From Leptospiria bacterium (GTDB taxonomy: Bacteria > Spirochaetota > Leptospiria > Turneriellales > CBDBES01), in the NCBI GenBank assembly GCA_965261485.1, contig CBDHCY010000005.1, positions 1,359,616 through 1,423,615 on the forward strand: a stretch of DNA of 64,000 nt, written 5' to 3'. Positions 11,678 through 21,052 of this stretch are shown in pieces. Position numbers and translations under genes: made by a program. Each line of letters opens with the position of its first letter. The stretch's first letter is position 1. Under the pieces are notes generated by a model. That model did no database searches. It was not told the origin of the DNA and was given only the letters and a program-made list of their open reading frames with translations.

Positions 11678-12733
11678 TCAATGTCTATGCTGAGCTTCAG
11701 AGATAAACAGACCAGTTAAAAAAGTAAAAATATATGCTTGTAAAAAAGCAACAAAGAGTTCAAGTAAGTAAATTGCCGCTGAGGCACTTACGCTAATAGG
11801 GACTATAAAATAATTACGAAATTGAAAGATGAAACTCATTAAAATTAAAATAATAATGTGTCCTGCTGTCATATTCGCTAATAACCTGATAGAAAGAGCA
11901 ATAGGCTTTATGATAAGGCCAGTCAATTCAATAATCCAGAGCAGAGGACCCAAAGCAAGAGGCACTCCTGAAGGAACAATATTCTTAATATAGAAAAACC
12001 CCTGATAAGTAAAGCCTGAAATTAGAATGACGAGAAAAACAAGCCCAGCCAAACCCGCGGTCACACCAAGATCACCAGTAGCAGTAATTCCTGGCCATAG
12101 TTTGACCAAAAGAGGCACTCCATGAGCTCCAGCTTCAGTGTGATGAATAAAACCAAAAGATTCTCCTAAAATTTGGAAGACTTCTCCCATAGGTGGGAAG
12201 AGACCAAGTATATTACAAGATAATATGAAAAAAAAAAGTGTCAATAAAAAAGGTTCGTATGCAGAAGAATGACGCCCCATGGTCGCCCTACCTACATTCT
12301 CTCGAATAAAAGTAACCAAGACTTCAATAAATCCACCAAATCGAGAAGGTTTCTTGTATGGGTTTAACCTTGCTTTAATTCCAAGAGGAATAAGTAGTAA
12401 TAGTAAAAAAACTGACGCAAGCCACATCATAACAACTCTTTTAGTAATAGAGAGATCATAACCATTATATTTTAAATTCCACAAAGGAGCGTCTGCTAAA
12501 TGATGATTAACTACTTCACTTAAATTAAAGCTAGGCCGATTCTCGTCAGATGATATTTCAATTAATTTTTCATTTTTAAGCTGAATTTTTTTTTGACCAA
12601 CCACATCTAAGCTCTTCTGTATGTTCTCTTTTTTAGATGAGTCTAGTAAAGGCTCAGGGAAAGCCCATATTCTGGATGAAAGTATCAACACTATAACAAG
12701 AAATTGAAGATTTCTAAACACGTTCTTAGCCAC
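11678..12733 (-). CDS. atpB: Fo ATP synthase subunit a with an N-terminal extension of about 100 aa
   Basis: 351 aa with a GTG start. The C-terminal half carries the LSIRLLANMTAGH motif with the essential Arg. The N-terminus has a signal-like hydrophobic segment and a polar linker. Confidence 0.9.
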   Translation of the reverse strand: MAKNVFRNLQFLVIVLILSSRIWAFPEPLLDSSKKENIQKSLDVVGQKKIQLKNEKLIEISSDENRPSFNLSEVVNHHLADAPLWNLKYNGYDLSITKRVVMMWLASVFLLLLLIPLGIKARLNPYKKPSRFGGFIEVLVTFIRENVGRATMGRHSSAYEPFLLTLFFFILSCNILGLFPPMGEVFQILGESFGFIHHTEAGAHGVPLLVKLWPGITATGDLGVTAGLAGLVFLVILISGFTYQGFFYIKNIVPSGVPLALGPLLWIIELTGLIIKPIALSIRLLANMTAGHIIILILMSFIFQFRNYFIVPISVSASAAIYLLELFVAFLQAYIFTFLTGLFISEAQHRH

Positions 12734-12736
12734 GTG

Positions 12737-13063
12737 TTAGACACTTTTAATACTTCTTAGCAGGTCAACCAAAAGTCCAAAAAAAATAGCGACACTATAA
12801 ACAATTGCAATATTACCAACCATATTTGTAGAAATGGCCTTTTCTCTGGAATACCAAATAATCAATAAATAACCAAATATTAATCCAAAAATACGCAAAA
12901 AAGCAGCGAAAACCCAACTACTCCAAAGAGGTAAATAACTTTGTCTTTTAATTTTAAATCGAAAAAAAAGCTGTTTAGCAAGGCAGATAAATATTGAATA
13001 TAAACCACCTGCAATAAAAGCAATCACCACCGGTTCACTAAAATACATCAAGCAATCAAACAC
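12737..13063 (-). CDS. Small membrane protein in the AtpI/AtpZ position
   Basis: 108 aa with 3-4 hydrophobic helices, 3 nt upstream of atpB. The call rests on position only. Confidence 0.4.
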   Translation of the reverse strand: MFDCLMYFSEPVVIAFIAGGLYSIFICLAKQLFFRFKIKRQSYLPLWSSWVFAAFLRIFGLIFGYLLIIWYSREKAISTNMVGNIAIVYSVAIFFGLLVDLLRSIKSV

Positions 13064-13244
13064 CCATAATATTACTCAGGCAAATATTGCTTAAATTAAA
13101 TACTTATTTGACGAGCCTTGAAAGAGGCCACTTCTCTCTCAAGAACTATAAAATATATCGTACAAAGACAACACAAGATTAAAAGATATTAACACTCCAT
13201 AAACCGAGGAGTTCAAATTAATTATATCTTTTAAACGACACGTC

Positions 13245-14399
13245 TTAATACACTCCAATAAAAGCCATAGAAACCGTTGACTGACTACTTTTATTTCCAG
13301 AATATATTTTCTTATCAGAAAGATCTAAACGATATTCTGGTTTAATTAGAAAATAACCATAATACAGAGAGATTGTCCCTGTTACAGTTAAACCATAAGA
13401 GTGAGCACCAATGCCCGACGCAAACCCGCGAACACCCGAGGAATCATTAAAATACTCATTTCTTATAGAAATCATATAATTGTGTTTTTTTTCAGGAACA
13501 ATCAAATAATCAATATAAAAAGCGGCACCATACCAGAGCTCAGATTCAACCCCTTTGGAAACACTTTCACTTCCAAAAGCGACGTTGAGCCCAAGATTAA
13601 GCCGATCTGCCAATTGATAAGTGCTAGTGAGGTCAAACAAATGTCTCCAGCCTCCCACTTCAGCAGACTCATCACCACCCATATAATTTAAATATATATC
13701 TAAGTCTTTTATATACCCAAGAGAGACTTGAGCAGTTAACGATTTTTCAGAGTTAATATCATGATTAGAAGAGGCGTCCCAACCATTTACAAGACCAACC
13801 ATAATCCCTAATTCTTCTGTTATTGAATAATCTATTTTGGCACCTAAGTGATAGAATGGACCATAGCCAAATAAATTGGACAAGCTATAATGAGAGTTTA
13901 AGTACGCCTCAATCACTTCATACCCAATATGCGTATTATATTGACCAACGGTCAACGTAGCACCAAAAAAAGAAACAGATGCATATGCTTGCTTGATAGC
14001 GGTTGAAGTAATTGAATTACCAACTATGCCGACATTACCAAAATTACCTAATTCTGCATTTGGACCATGAGCTAGATCAATCATTAGCATCCAATCATCA
14101 TTACCCACCTCAAGCTGTGTCTGCAGCAAGCCAAATCGAAATTCATTATGAGCACTATCAAAAATTCTGAAAGAATTTTCAGTCGCTCCTTCGTTGACAT
14201 TAAAAGAATAATAAGTATCTACGTACCCTCTTAAACTCAGATAGACAGGATAATTTTTACTCCCAATTGAAATTGATTCTAATATTTTTTTTTGTGATGA
14301 ATCATCACTTTTTTCTGAAGAGGAGCCTTCAGAGACTTGAGCCATCAAAACTCCTCCAGTTAACAATCCAAAAAGTAGCACAACTATAATTTTTTTCAT
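13245..14399 (-). CDS. Outer-membrane beta-barrel porin (OmpL/bbp2-like), last gene of the amtB-glnK cluster
   Basis: 384 aa with signal peptide MKKIIVVLLFGLLTGGVLMA. Alternating amphipathic beta-strand pattern rich in Y/G/N, and a C-terminal aromatic residue (...AFIGVY). Confidence 0.6.
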   Translation of the reverse strand: MKKIIVVLLFGLLTGGVLMAQVSEGSSSEKSDDSSQKKILESISIGSKNYPVYLSLRGYVDTYYSFNVNEGATENSFRIFDSAHNEFRFGLLQTQLEVGNDDWMLMIDLAHGPNAELGNFGNVGIVGNSITSTAIKQAYASVSFFGATLTVGQYNTHIGYEVIEAYLNSHYSLSNLFGYGPFYHLGAKIDYSITEELGIMVGLVNGWDASSNHDINSEKSLTAQVSLGYIKDLDIYLNYMGGDESAEVGGWRHLFDLTSTYQLADRLNLGLNVAFGSESVSKGVESELWYGAAFYIDYLIVPEKKHNYMISIRNEYFNDSSGVRGFASGIGAHSYGLTVTGTISLYYGYFLIKPEYRLDLSDKKIYSGNKSSQSTVSMAFIGVY

Positions 14400-14454
14400 A
14401 TTTTCATAACTCCTTAATTATTTAATTTATCTTTTATTTCTAAAGTTTTAGGGC

Positions 14455-14796
14455 TTAACCTATCGCCTCTTCTCCTTTTTCACCTGTTCTAATGCGAATA
14501 CATTCCTGAATTTCTTGTATAAAAATTTTACCATCTCCAATATGTCCTGTTTTCGCTCCTTTAACAAGAGCAGCAATCGTCTTCTCAAGATAAGAGTCAC
14601 TAACAGCAATTTCAATACGAATCTTCTTTAAAAGATTAATTTCTTCTTTAGCTCCTCGATATGTTTCTGTGTAACCACCCTGACTACCTGAACCAAGTGC
14701 ATTAGTTACGGTCATTTTATTTATACTCGCACCAAACAATGCCCGCTTTACATCTGGGAGTTTATGGGGTTGTATAAAAGCAATTATTAATTTCAT
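14455..14796 (-). CDS. glnK: Nitrogen regulatory protein P-II
   Basis: 113 aa, canonical P-II fold sequence ([13 protein letters not shown]...[11 protein letters not shown]), directly downstream of amtB. Confidence 0.93.
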   Translation of the reverse strand: MKLIIAFIQPHKLPDVKRALFGASINKMTVTNALGSGSQGGYTETYRGAKEEINLLKKIRIEIAVSDSYLEKTIAALVKGAKTGHIGDGKIFIQEIQECIRIRTGEKGEEAIG

Positions 14797-14838
14797 TTTA
14801 AATCCTCCTTAAAATTTAATATTTATCATCAAATAAAA

Positions 14839-16194
14839 TCACTCAGAACTGAAAAATTGAAAGCCTGCATAGGATTCCATTCCATGTTCAGAAATATCTA
14901 AGCCTTTCACTTCTTCTTCTCGACTAACTCGAATACCTACAGTCACTTTAGCAATTAATAATAAAATCAAAGACGAAAGAAAGCAAAAGATACCGACACT
15001 CACAACTCCCACAAACTGACTCCAAAGATTATGATTGGGGTTAGTACTAAAAAGCCCAACCGCTAAAGTACCCCAAATACCGCACACCAAGTGTACAGAT
15101 AAAGCACCAACAGGGTCATCTAGGCGTAACTTATCAAATAAAATTACGCTCAATACAACGAGTACACCAGCGATTAAGCCGACAAGAGCAGAACATCCTG
15201 GCGAAAACACATCAGCACCAGCAGTAACACCAACTAAGCCCGCTAAAGAACCGTTTAAAACCATAGATAGATCAGGAGAACGAACAACAATGAGAGAGGT
15301 AATCAGTGCACCCATAACTCCTGCCGCTGCGGCCAACGTAGTATTAACAATAACAAGCGATACAGCTCCAGGATCAGCCGACAATACAGAACCGCCATTA
15401 AAACCATACCAACCAAACCATAGTAAAAAAACACCAATCGCAGCTAAAGGCATACTATGCCCAAAAATAGGCTTGATACCACCTTTCGAATCGTATTTAC
15501 CAATTCTCGGTCCCAAAAGCATGACGCTCGTTAAAGCCGCCCAACCCCCTACAGAGTGAACTAAGGTAGATCCGGCAAAGTCATAAAAACCAAAAGAATC
15601 TAACCAACCACCACCCCACTTCCAACTACCGCATATTGGATATACAATACCCAAGTAAAAGGTCACCACGATTAAAATCGGCCAGAGCTTCACTCTTTCG
15701 GCAACAGCACCCGATATAATTGAACCAGCAGTTGCAGCAAACATCGCTTGAAATAGGAAATCTGTCCAATAAGAATATGCCCCATCCGCATATTGAATGA
15801 GACCAGCATCACCCGGAGGGCTTGAAATCCAAAAACCTGAAAAACCAAGAAACTCACCCCATATCGAATTCATACTAAAGTCAGGATACATAAGATTAAA
15901 ACCAATGAAAGCATAAGTCAATATACCAATAGTAAGAATCATCATATTTTTGAATAATATATTTGTCGTATTCTTGGCTCTTGTTAAACCAGACTCTAAG
16001 GTAGAAAATCCCAAATGCATAGTGAAAACCAAAAAAGTAGCGATCATCATCCATAAATTATGAACTGTAAAACTGATTTGATCTTGTCTCTTGATAACCT
16101 CAGACATCTCTTTTATTGAAACGACTTCAGCAACTACAGGCCAAAACGCAATAATAAAAAGTGAAAGGCAAAAAATCTTATTAACTTTCTTCAC
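14839..16194 (-). CDS. amtB: Ammonium transporter (Amt family)
   Basis: 451 aa polytopic protein with Amt signatures (DFAGSTLVHSVGGWAAL, WFGWYGFNGGS, HLVCGIWGTL). Confidence 0.95.
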   Translation of the reverse strand: MKKVNKIFCLSLFIIAFWPVVAEVVSIKEMSEVIKRQDQISFTVHNLWMMIATFLVFTMHLGFSTLESGLTRAKNTTNILFKNMMILTIGILTYAFIGFNLMYPDFSMNSIWGEFLGFSGFWISSPPGDAGLIQYADGAYSYWTDFLFQAMFAATAGSIISGAVAERVKLWPILIVVTFYLGIVYPICGSWKWGGGWLDSFGFYDFAGSTLVHSVGGWAALTSVMLLGPRIGKYDSKGGIKPIFGHSMPLAAIGVFLLWFGWYGFNGGSVLSADPGAVSLVIVNTTLAAAAGVMGALITSLIVVRSPDLSMVLNGSLAGLVGVTAGADVFSPGCSALVGLIAGVLVVLSVILFDKLRLDDPVGALSVHLVCGIWGTLAVGLFSTNPNHNLWSQFVGVVSVGIFCFLSSLILLLIAKVTVGIRVSREEEVKGLDISEHGMESYAGFQFFSSE

Positions 16195-16408
16195 AAATAA
16201 ACCTCCACGTCTATACTTAATAAACAGTGGTCATGTTTTATTTTATAGATATATTGTCAATATTTAGAATATAATACTTAAAAATTGAAGCCTCACCTCT
16301 AAATTTGACTCACTTTTATGAAAGTATCATGAAGTTCAGAGTATTTTTATTTTTCCAAAACTTGAACAACCTACCTTCTCACAAGTTTACCATACTGTGA
16401 AAAAATAT

Positions 16409-16437
16409 TTGACATATACAATATTTCTTCATATTAA
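16409..16437 (+). promoter_or_regulatory. Sigma70-like promoter candidate upstream of rpmA
   Basis: TTGACA (16409-16414), a 17 nt spacer, then TATTAA (16432-16437), about 50 nt upstream of the rpmA ATG. Confidence 0.4.
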
Positions 16438-16485
16438 ATTCAAGAAAAACTTGACAAGATATCCAAGGTGAAACACGAATGCTGT

Positions 16486-16743
16486 ATGGCTCATAAAAAA
16501 GGTGGAGGATCTTCTAAGAATGGTAGAGATTCAATCTCTAAACGTCTAGGAGTAAAAGCTTATGGTGGTAATTTTGTGACTGCTGGCTCTATACTTGTTA
16601 GACAGCGTGGTAGCCAATTTTATCCGGGTACCAACGTAAGACAAGGCAAAGATCATACTTTATTTACGACAACTGATGGATATGTTAAATTTGAACATCA
16701 TACCAAAAAGAAAAAAAAGATATCTGTTTATTCAAAAAATTAG
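16486..16743 (+). CDS. rpmA: 50S ribosomal protein L27
   Basis: [16 protein letters not shown]... is the canonical L27 N-terminus. The track ORF starts 6 codons earlier at a GTG, but ATG at 16486 matches the family start. Confidence 0.95.
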   Translation: MAHKKGGGSSKNGRDSISKRLGVKAYGGNFVTAGSILVRQRGSQFYPGTNVRQGKDHTLFTTTDGYVKFEHHTKKKKKISVYSKN

Positions 16744-16789
16744 ACAATTTTATAAAAATAATTTTTAAGAATAGTTCGCTCACGATACC

Positions 16790-17800
16790 TTGCCCCATAA
16801 GTTTTTAGACGAACTAATTATACATGTGAAATCAGGTTCTGGTGGGCCTGGGTGCGTCTCATTTCGTCGTGAAAAGTACATACCTAATGGTGGACCAGAT
16901 GGTGGTGACGGTGGTAGCGGAGGTTCTGTATTGTTAAAAGCTTCCTCTAGTGTTATCAGTTTAAATCATTTATTTCTCGATAGACTTTATTCTGCTGAAG
17001 ATGGTAAACTTGGTCAAGGTCGACAAAAAACAGGTCGCTCAGGCCATGATCAAATTATTAAAGTTCCTGTAGGCACTCAAGTATATGATGCTAATTCTAA
17101 AAAGCTTGTCTTTGATTTTGTTGATGAATCTAAATTTTTACTCGCACAAGGAGGCCGAGGAGGCAAAGGAAATACTTTTTTTAAAAATTCAGTTTACCAA
17201 GCTCCCGATCATGCTCAAACAGGCGAATTAACAGAAAAAAAATCTTTTCTGCTTTCTTTAAAATTAATCGCTGATGTTGGTTTTGTGGGTTTTCCTAATA
17301 CGGGAAAATCAACTTTACTCAAGGCCTGCACCAACGCGAAACCCAAGATTGCCAATTACTCTTTCACTACTCTATCACCAAACTTGGGTTATATTGACTA
17401 TGAGAATGTAGAGCGTATTCTTGTTGCCGATATTCCTGGAATTTTAGAAGGAGCTTCTCGAGGGCATGGTCTAGGCCTTTCTTTCTTAAAACATATTGAA
17501 CGAGTGAAGCTAATTTTATTTGTTTTAGATGTTAACACATCAACAGAGAATGACGAACTCAACTTACTTAAAGTAGAGTTAGACGAATATAATCTAGCAC
17601 TAAAACAGAAGCCATATCTAGTAGTCATAAATAAAATAGACTGTATAGATGATAAAGAATTTCTAAAAGAATGGATTTCAAGTATGGAAGAGAGAGAGCC
17701 TAAAAATAAAATAATTACCACCTCTGCCTTGAATGGTGAAGGTATTCATGAGCTCAAAGGTAAAATAAGAGAATTACTTAAACAAACAAATAATATGTAG
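16790..17800 (+). CDS. obg: GTPase Obg/CgtA
   Basis: 336 aa with a TTG start. It has the Gly-rich Obg fold (GGPDGGDGGSGGSV) and G motifs GFPNTGKST, DIPG and NKID. Confidence 0.95.
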   Translation: MPHKFLDELIIHVKSGSGGPGCVSFRREKYIPNGGPDGGDGGSGGSVLLKASSSVISLNHLFLDRLYSAEDGKLGQGRQKTGRSGHDQIIKVPVGTQVYDANSKKLVFDFVDESKFLLAQGGRGGKGNTFFKNSVYQAPDHAQTGELTEKKSFLLSLKLIADVGFVGFPNTGKSTLLKACTNAKPKIANYSFTTLSPNLGYIDYENVERILVADIPGILEGASRGHGLGLSFLKHIERVKLILFVLDVNTSTENDELNLLKVELDEYNLALKQKPYLVVINKIDCIDDKEFLKEWISSMEEREPKNKIITTSALNGEGIHELKGKIRELLKQTNNM

Positions 17801-17833
17801 AGATATTTATTTCGCAAACATACAAATAAATGA

Positions 17834-18664
17834 TCAAACACTAACTTTAAAATCTCTTAGTGCATCATTCAAACTTGTTTTTTTATCAGTAGACTCTTTT
17901 CGCTTACCTATAATCAGAGCACAAGGAACATGATATGTTCCCGCTGGAAATATTTTGGGTAGGCTACCAGGAATAACTACTGAATTTTTAGGCACAAGAC
18001 CTTTTTGAATTTTCTCATTTTTTTGAGTTACATCCACAATTTTTGTAGATGCAGTTAGTACAACTCCACTTCCCAAAACAGCGCCTTCCTGAATACGCAC
18101 ACCTTCTACAACAATAGCTCGACTACCTAGAAATGCATAATCTTCGATAATAATGGGTTCTGCCTGAGGAGGTTCAAGAACACCTCCTATCCCTACCCCT
18201 CCTGATAAATGTACAAACTTACCAATTTGAGCACAACTGCCCACTGTCGCCCATGTGTCGACCATCGTTCCTGTAGAGATATAAGCACCAATATTTACAT
18301 ATGAAGGCATTAATATAGCACCCGCTTCAATATATGAACCATAGCGTGCGATGGCTGGTGGCACAACCCTGATATTGTGTTTATCAAAATTCTTCTTGAT
18401 AGGAATTTTATCCCAATATTCAATATCACCTGAATGTATAACTTTCATTTCTTTTACACGAAAGTAAAGTAAAATAGATTTTTTTACCCACTCATTAACA
18501 CGCCACCCATCTTGAGTAGGCTCGGCAACCCGAATCTCTCCTTTATCTATTTTTTCTACAGCTTCTAAAATAATTTCTTTTGATTCAATATTTTGGAGTA
18601 TGAAAGGTTTGTCTTGAACAGATTCATATAAATCGTTAATAATAGGGGCTAAGTTTTCAGACAT
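17834..18664 (-). CDS. dapD: 2,3,4,5-tetrahydropyridine-2,6-dicarboxylate N-succinyltransferase
   Basis: 276 aa with an N-terminal DapD-type domain (RVNEWVKKSILLYFR) followed by left-handed beta-helix hexapeptide repeats. Confidence 0.8.
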   Translation of the reverse strand: MSENLAPIINDLYESVQDKPFILQNIESKEIILEAVEKIDKGEIRVAEPTQDGWRVNEWVKKSILLYFRVKEMKVIHSGDIEYWDKIPIKKNFDKHNIRVVPPAIARYGSYIEAGAILMPSYVNIGAYISTGTMVDTWATVGSCAQIGKFVHLSGGVGIGGVLEPPQAEPIIIEDYAFLGSRAIVVEGVRIQEGAVLGSGVVLTASTKIVDVTQKNEKIQKGLVPKNSVVIPGSLPKIFPAGTYHVPCALIIGKRKESTDKKTSLNDALRDFKVSV

Positions 18665-18672
18665 GATAAATA

Positions 18673-19191
18673 TTAATTTCGAATACCAATGATAGCAGAA
18701 CCATTTTTTTCCATCATCATGCCTTTAGTATAGACTAAATCACCACGATTATCTGTAGGCATAGGAATATCTCCATCTAAATAAATAGCTCCTTTAGGAC
18801 AAGCCTCTTCACAAAGACCACAAAAGATACATCTCAACATATCAATATTAAAGACCTTTGCATATTTATCTTCCGCATGCAAATGACTTCTCTCAGGCGT
18901 AACTTCAGCAGCCTCAATATAGATTGCATCAGCCGGACATATCCATTGGCAACAATAACAAGCAGTACAACGTTCTCTATTTTTTTCATCCCGCTTCAAT
19001 TGATGCAAACCTCTAAAACGAGAACTCAAGACCCGTTTTTCTTCAGGATATTGAACTGTCACTTGTTTTCTCAAGAATTGAGATTTTATAAAATGTTTCA
19101 AAGTGGTTAAGAGTCCCATAGATATTGACATCACGTAAAATTTTTCATACCATTTCCAACGGTATTTTTGATGAACTTCAATAACTCCCAT
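18673..19191 (-). CDS. nuoI: NADH-quinone oxidoreductase subunit I
   Basis: 172 aa with VTVQYPEEK...RFRG and two CxxCxxCxxxCP 4Fe-4S motifs ([24 protein letters not shown]). Confidence 0.9.
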   Translation of the reverse strand: MGVIEVHQKYRWKWYEKFYVMSISMGLLTTLKHFIKSQFLRKQVTVQYPEEKRVLSSRFRGLHQLKRDEKNRERCTACYCCQWICPADAIYIEAAEVTPERSHLHAEDKYAKVFNIDMLRCIFCGLCEEACPKGAIYLDGDIPMPTDNRGDLVYTKGMMMEKNGSAIIGIRN

Positions 19192-19195
19192 TAAT

Positions 19196-20800
19196 TTATA
19201 CCTTTAATACCATTGACTCTTCTAAAGATAATTTTTCATTTTGCTCACAATCATTCTGCAAAGAGTTTGAAATATCTATCAAATTAAACTTGAAAGCATA
19301 TTTAATTATATCAACCGAGCTTAAAAGACCTTTTGGTGGTTTGATTGATTGATTTGCTTTTTTTACTTTACCATCTTTATCGGTAAAGTGAGCATTCTTT
19401 TCAGGAAAAGCCTTAATAGGAGCACTAAAAAGTGCTTTTTCAGAAGCTTCATTTTTATGAGTAGAGAAAGAGACCACTCTATTCCACAAATTATCCATTT
19501 CGATCATTTGATAAAGTGAGTTTTTATATAAAAGTTCTCTATTATTTGATAGATACGCATAAGGAGAAGAAAATTCATTTAAAATAAAAATAAGGTCAAA
19601 TTGTCGAAGAGATTTTTTCATTTCATCTTGAGTATTGAAACACTCAATTTTTTCATTACGGCATTTTTTACTATTAGGCCGCTGATCTCTCATATAAAGA
19701 AAATCAATTTGTTCTTCCCATTTATTTTGCCACATATAGTCTTCTGTTCGATACTCCCAGTGGATATTCTTACCTTTTTTATTAAGTGCTGCCTTTAGTG
19801 CAAGAAGCTCATCAATCTCTTCGTTTGAGTCTATTGTACCCCCTAACCATAATATTTTATTTGTATGGTTCATTTGTATATTATCTATTTTTTCTTGAAT
19901 TTTTGGAAGCATCACCACCAAGGTAGAAGTTTCTCCTTTATTACTATAATAAAAAAGTCTATCTTTAGAAAACTCTGAACACGAAAAACGACCTTGGTCA
20001 CAAATAAAATATCCATTTTCTTCTTTTTCAGGAGGCATATAACGATATAATTCATTTTTTTTATGATTAGCAGTAATATGACAGAGCTGCGAACATCCAT
20101 GACAAATTGACTGATTCTGTTCAAACCACCAAACACGAGAGGTAAAAAGAGTATTCTTATTTAATAGGGCACCCACCGGACATATATCAGACAAAGCCCC
20201 TTGATAATTATGTTCAAGTTGCTTAGATTTTTTATCAGGAGATGTATAAGCAATAATAGTATCACCTCCTCTTTGTTCAAATTCAAGATCATGCACACCA
20301 ATAATCTCTCGATCAAAACGAACACACCTATAGCAAAGAATACAACGATCGTGATTAATTAAAAGATTTGAACCAATTGACTCTTGAGGTACGCTCCGCT
20401 TAATTTCGTTGTAACGAGTAGTTTCAGAGCCAACGGCGAATGAATAATCTTGCAATTGACATTCACCTGACTTATCACAAACAGGACAATCAAGAGGATG
20501 GTTGATAAGAAGAAATTCCATAACACCTTCTCGTGCTTTAATTGATCTTTCTGAGGCCACTTTAATTTTTAAGCCCTCTTGAATTTTTGTATTACAAGCA
20601 GGTTGTAATTTTGAAACACCTTCAATCTCAATTAAGCAAATACGACACATGCCAACGATAGATAATTTTGGATGATAGCAAAAATGGGGAACTTCGATCT
20701 GAATATCTTTTAAAGCGTCAATGAGATTTTTATTTTCATCAACTTGATACTCTTTTTCGTCTACATAAATAGTAACCACGTTCAGAGAACTTCGACCCAA
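19196..20800 (-). CDS. nuoG: NADH-quinone oxidoreductase subunit G-like protein (short form)
   Basis: 534 aa. The N-terminus has the 2Fe-2S/4Fe-4S cysteine pattern of the 75 kDa subunit ([51 protein letters not shown]). I do not recognise the C-terminal half as a molybdopterin domain. The track start is a TTG, and GTG at 20779 (VVTIYVD...) is an alternative. Confidence 0.8.
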   Translation of the reverse strand: MGRSSLNVVTIYVDEKEYQVDENKNLIDALKDIQIEVPHFCYHPKLSIVGMCRICLIEIEGVSKLQPACNTKIQEGLKIKVASERSIKAREGVMEFLLINHPLDCPVCDKSGECQLQDYSFAVGSETTRYNEIKRSVPQESIGSNLLINHDRCILCYRCVRFDREIIGVHDLEFEQRGGDTIIAYTSPDKKSKQLEHNYQGALSDICPVGALLNKNTLFTSRVWWFEQNQSICHGCSQLCHITANHKKNELYRYMPPEKEENGYFICDQGRFSCSEFSKDRLFYYSNKGETSTLVVMLPKIQEKIDNIQMNHTNKILWLGGTIDSNEEIDELLALKAALNKKGKNIHWEYRTEDYMWQNKWEEQIDFLYMRDQRPNSKKCRNEKIECFNTQDEMKKSLRQFDLIFILNEFSSPYAYLSNNRELLYKNSLYQMIEMDNLWNRVVSFSTHKNEASEKALFSAPIKAFPEKNAHFTDKDGKVKKANQSIKPPKGLLSSVDIIKYAFKFNLIDISNSLQNDCEQNEKLSLEESMVLKV

Positions 20801-21052
20801 AACAATCTAGCCTGTCAAGTATTTAGGCAATTTTTATCACTCTAATTCGTCTTAAAACAGAGTCATTTTTTTATAAACAAATCTTTACTAATAAATAAAG
20901 AGATATTTTTAAAAATCACCCAACCTTCAGCTAAGAACAGGGTGATCATATTTAATAAAAATCTATATAATGATGAGGTTAATATCAATCATTTAAAACA
21001 AAAATTAAAGATATAACCTCATTAAAAAAATTTACTATATTTTCTACTCGCT

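Noticed and set aside
11678-12733. N-terminal extension of about 100 aa on AtpB as a novelty
   Set aside because: Long N-terminal extensions of subunit a occur in several bacterial lineages. The start codon (GTG) is also unverified, so the extension may be partly an annotation artefact.
17805-17831. AT-only inverted repeat (ATTTATTT-N11-AAATAAAT) between convergent obg and dapD as a bidirectional terminator
   Set aside because: The stem is 8 bp of pure A/T with an 11 nt loop, too weak to support a terminator call.
20973-21022. Long imperfect hairpin (ATGAGGTTAATATC ... GATATAACCTCAT) downstream of the 1810 aa gene
   Set aside because: It has a 23 nt loop and no U-tract on the transcribed (minus) strand after the stem. 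It may be structural, but a terminator is not supportable.
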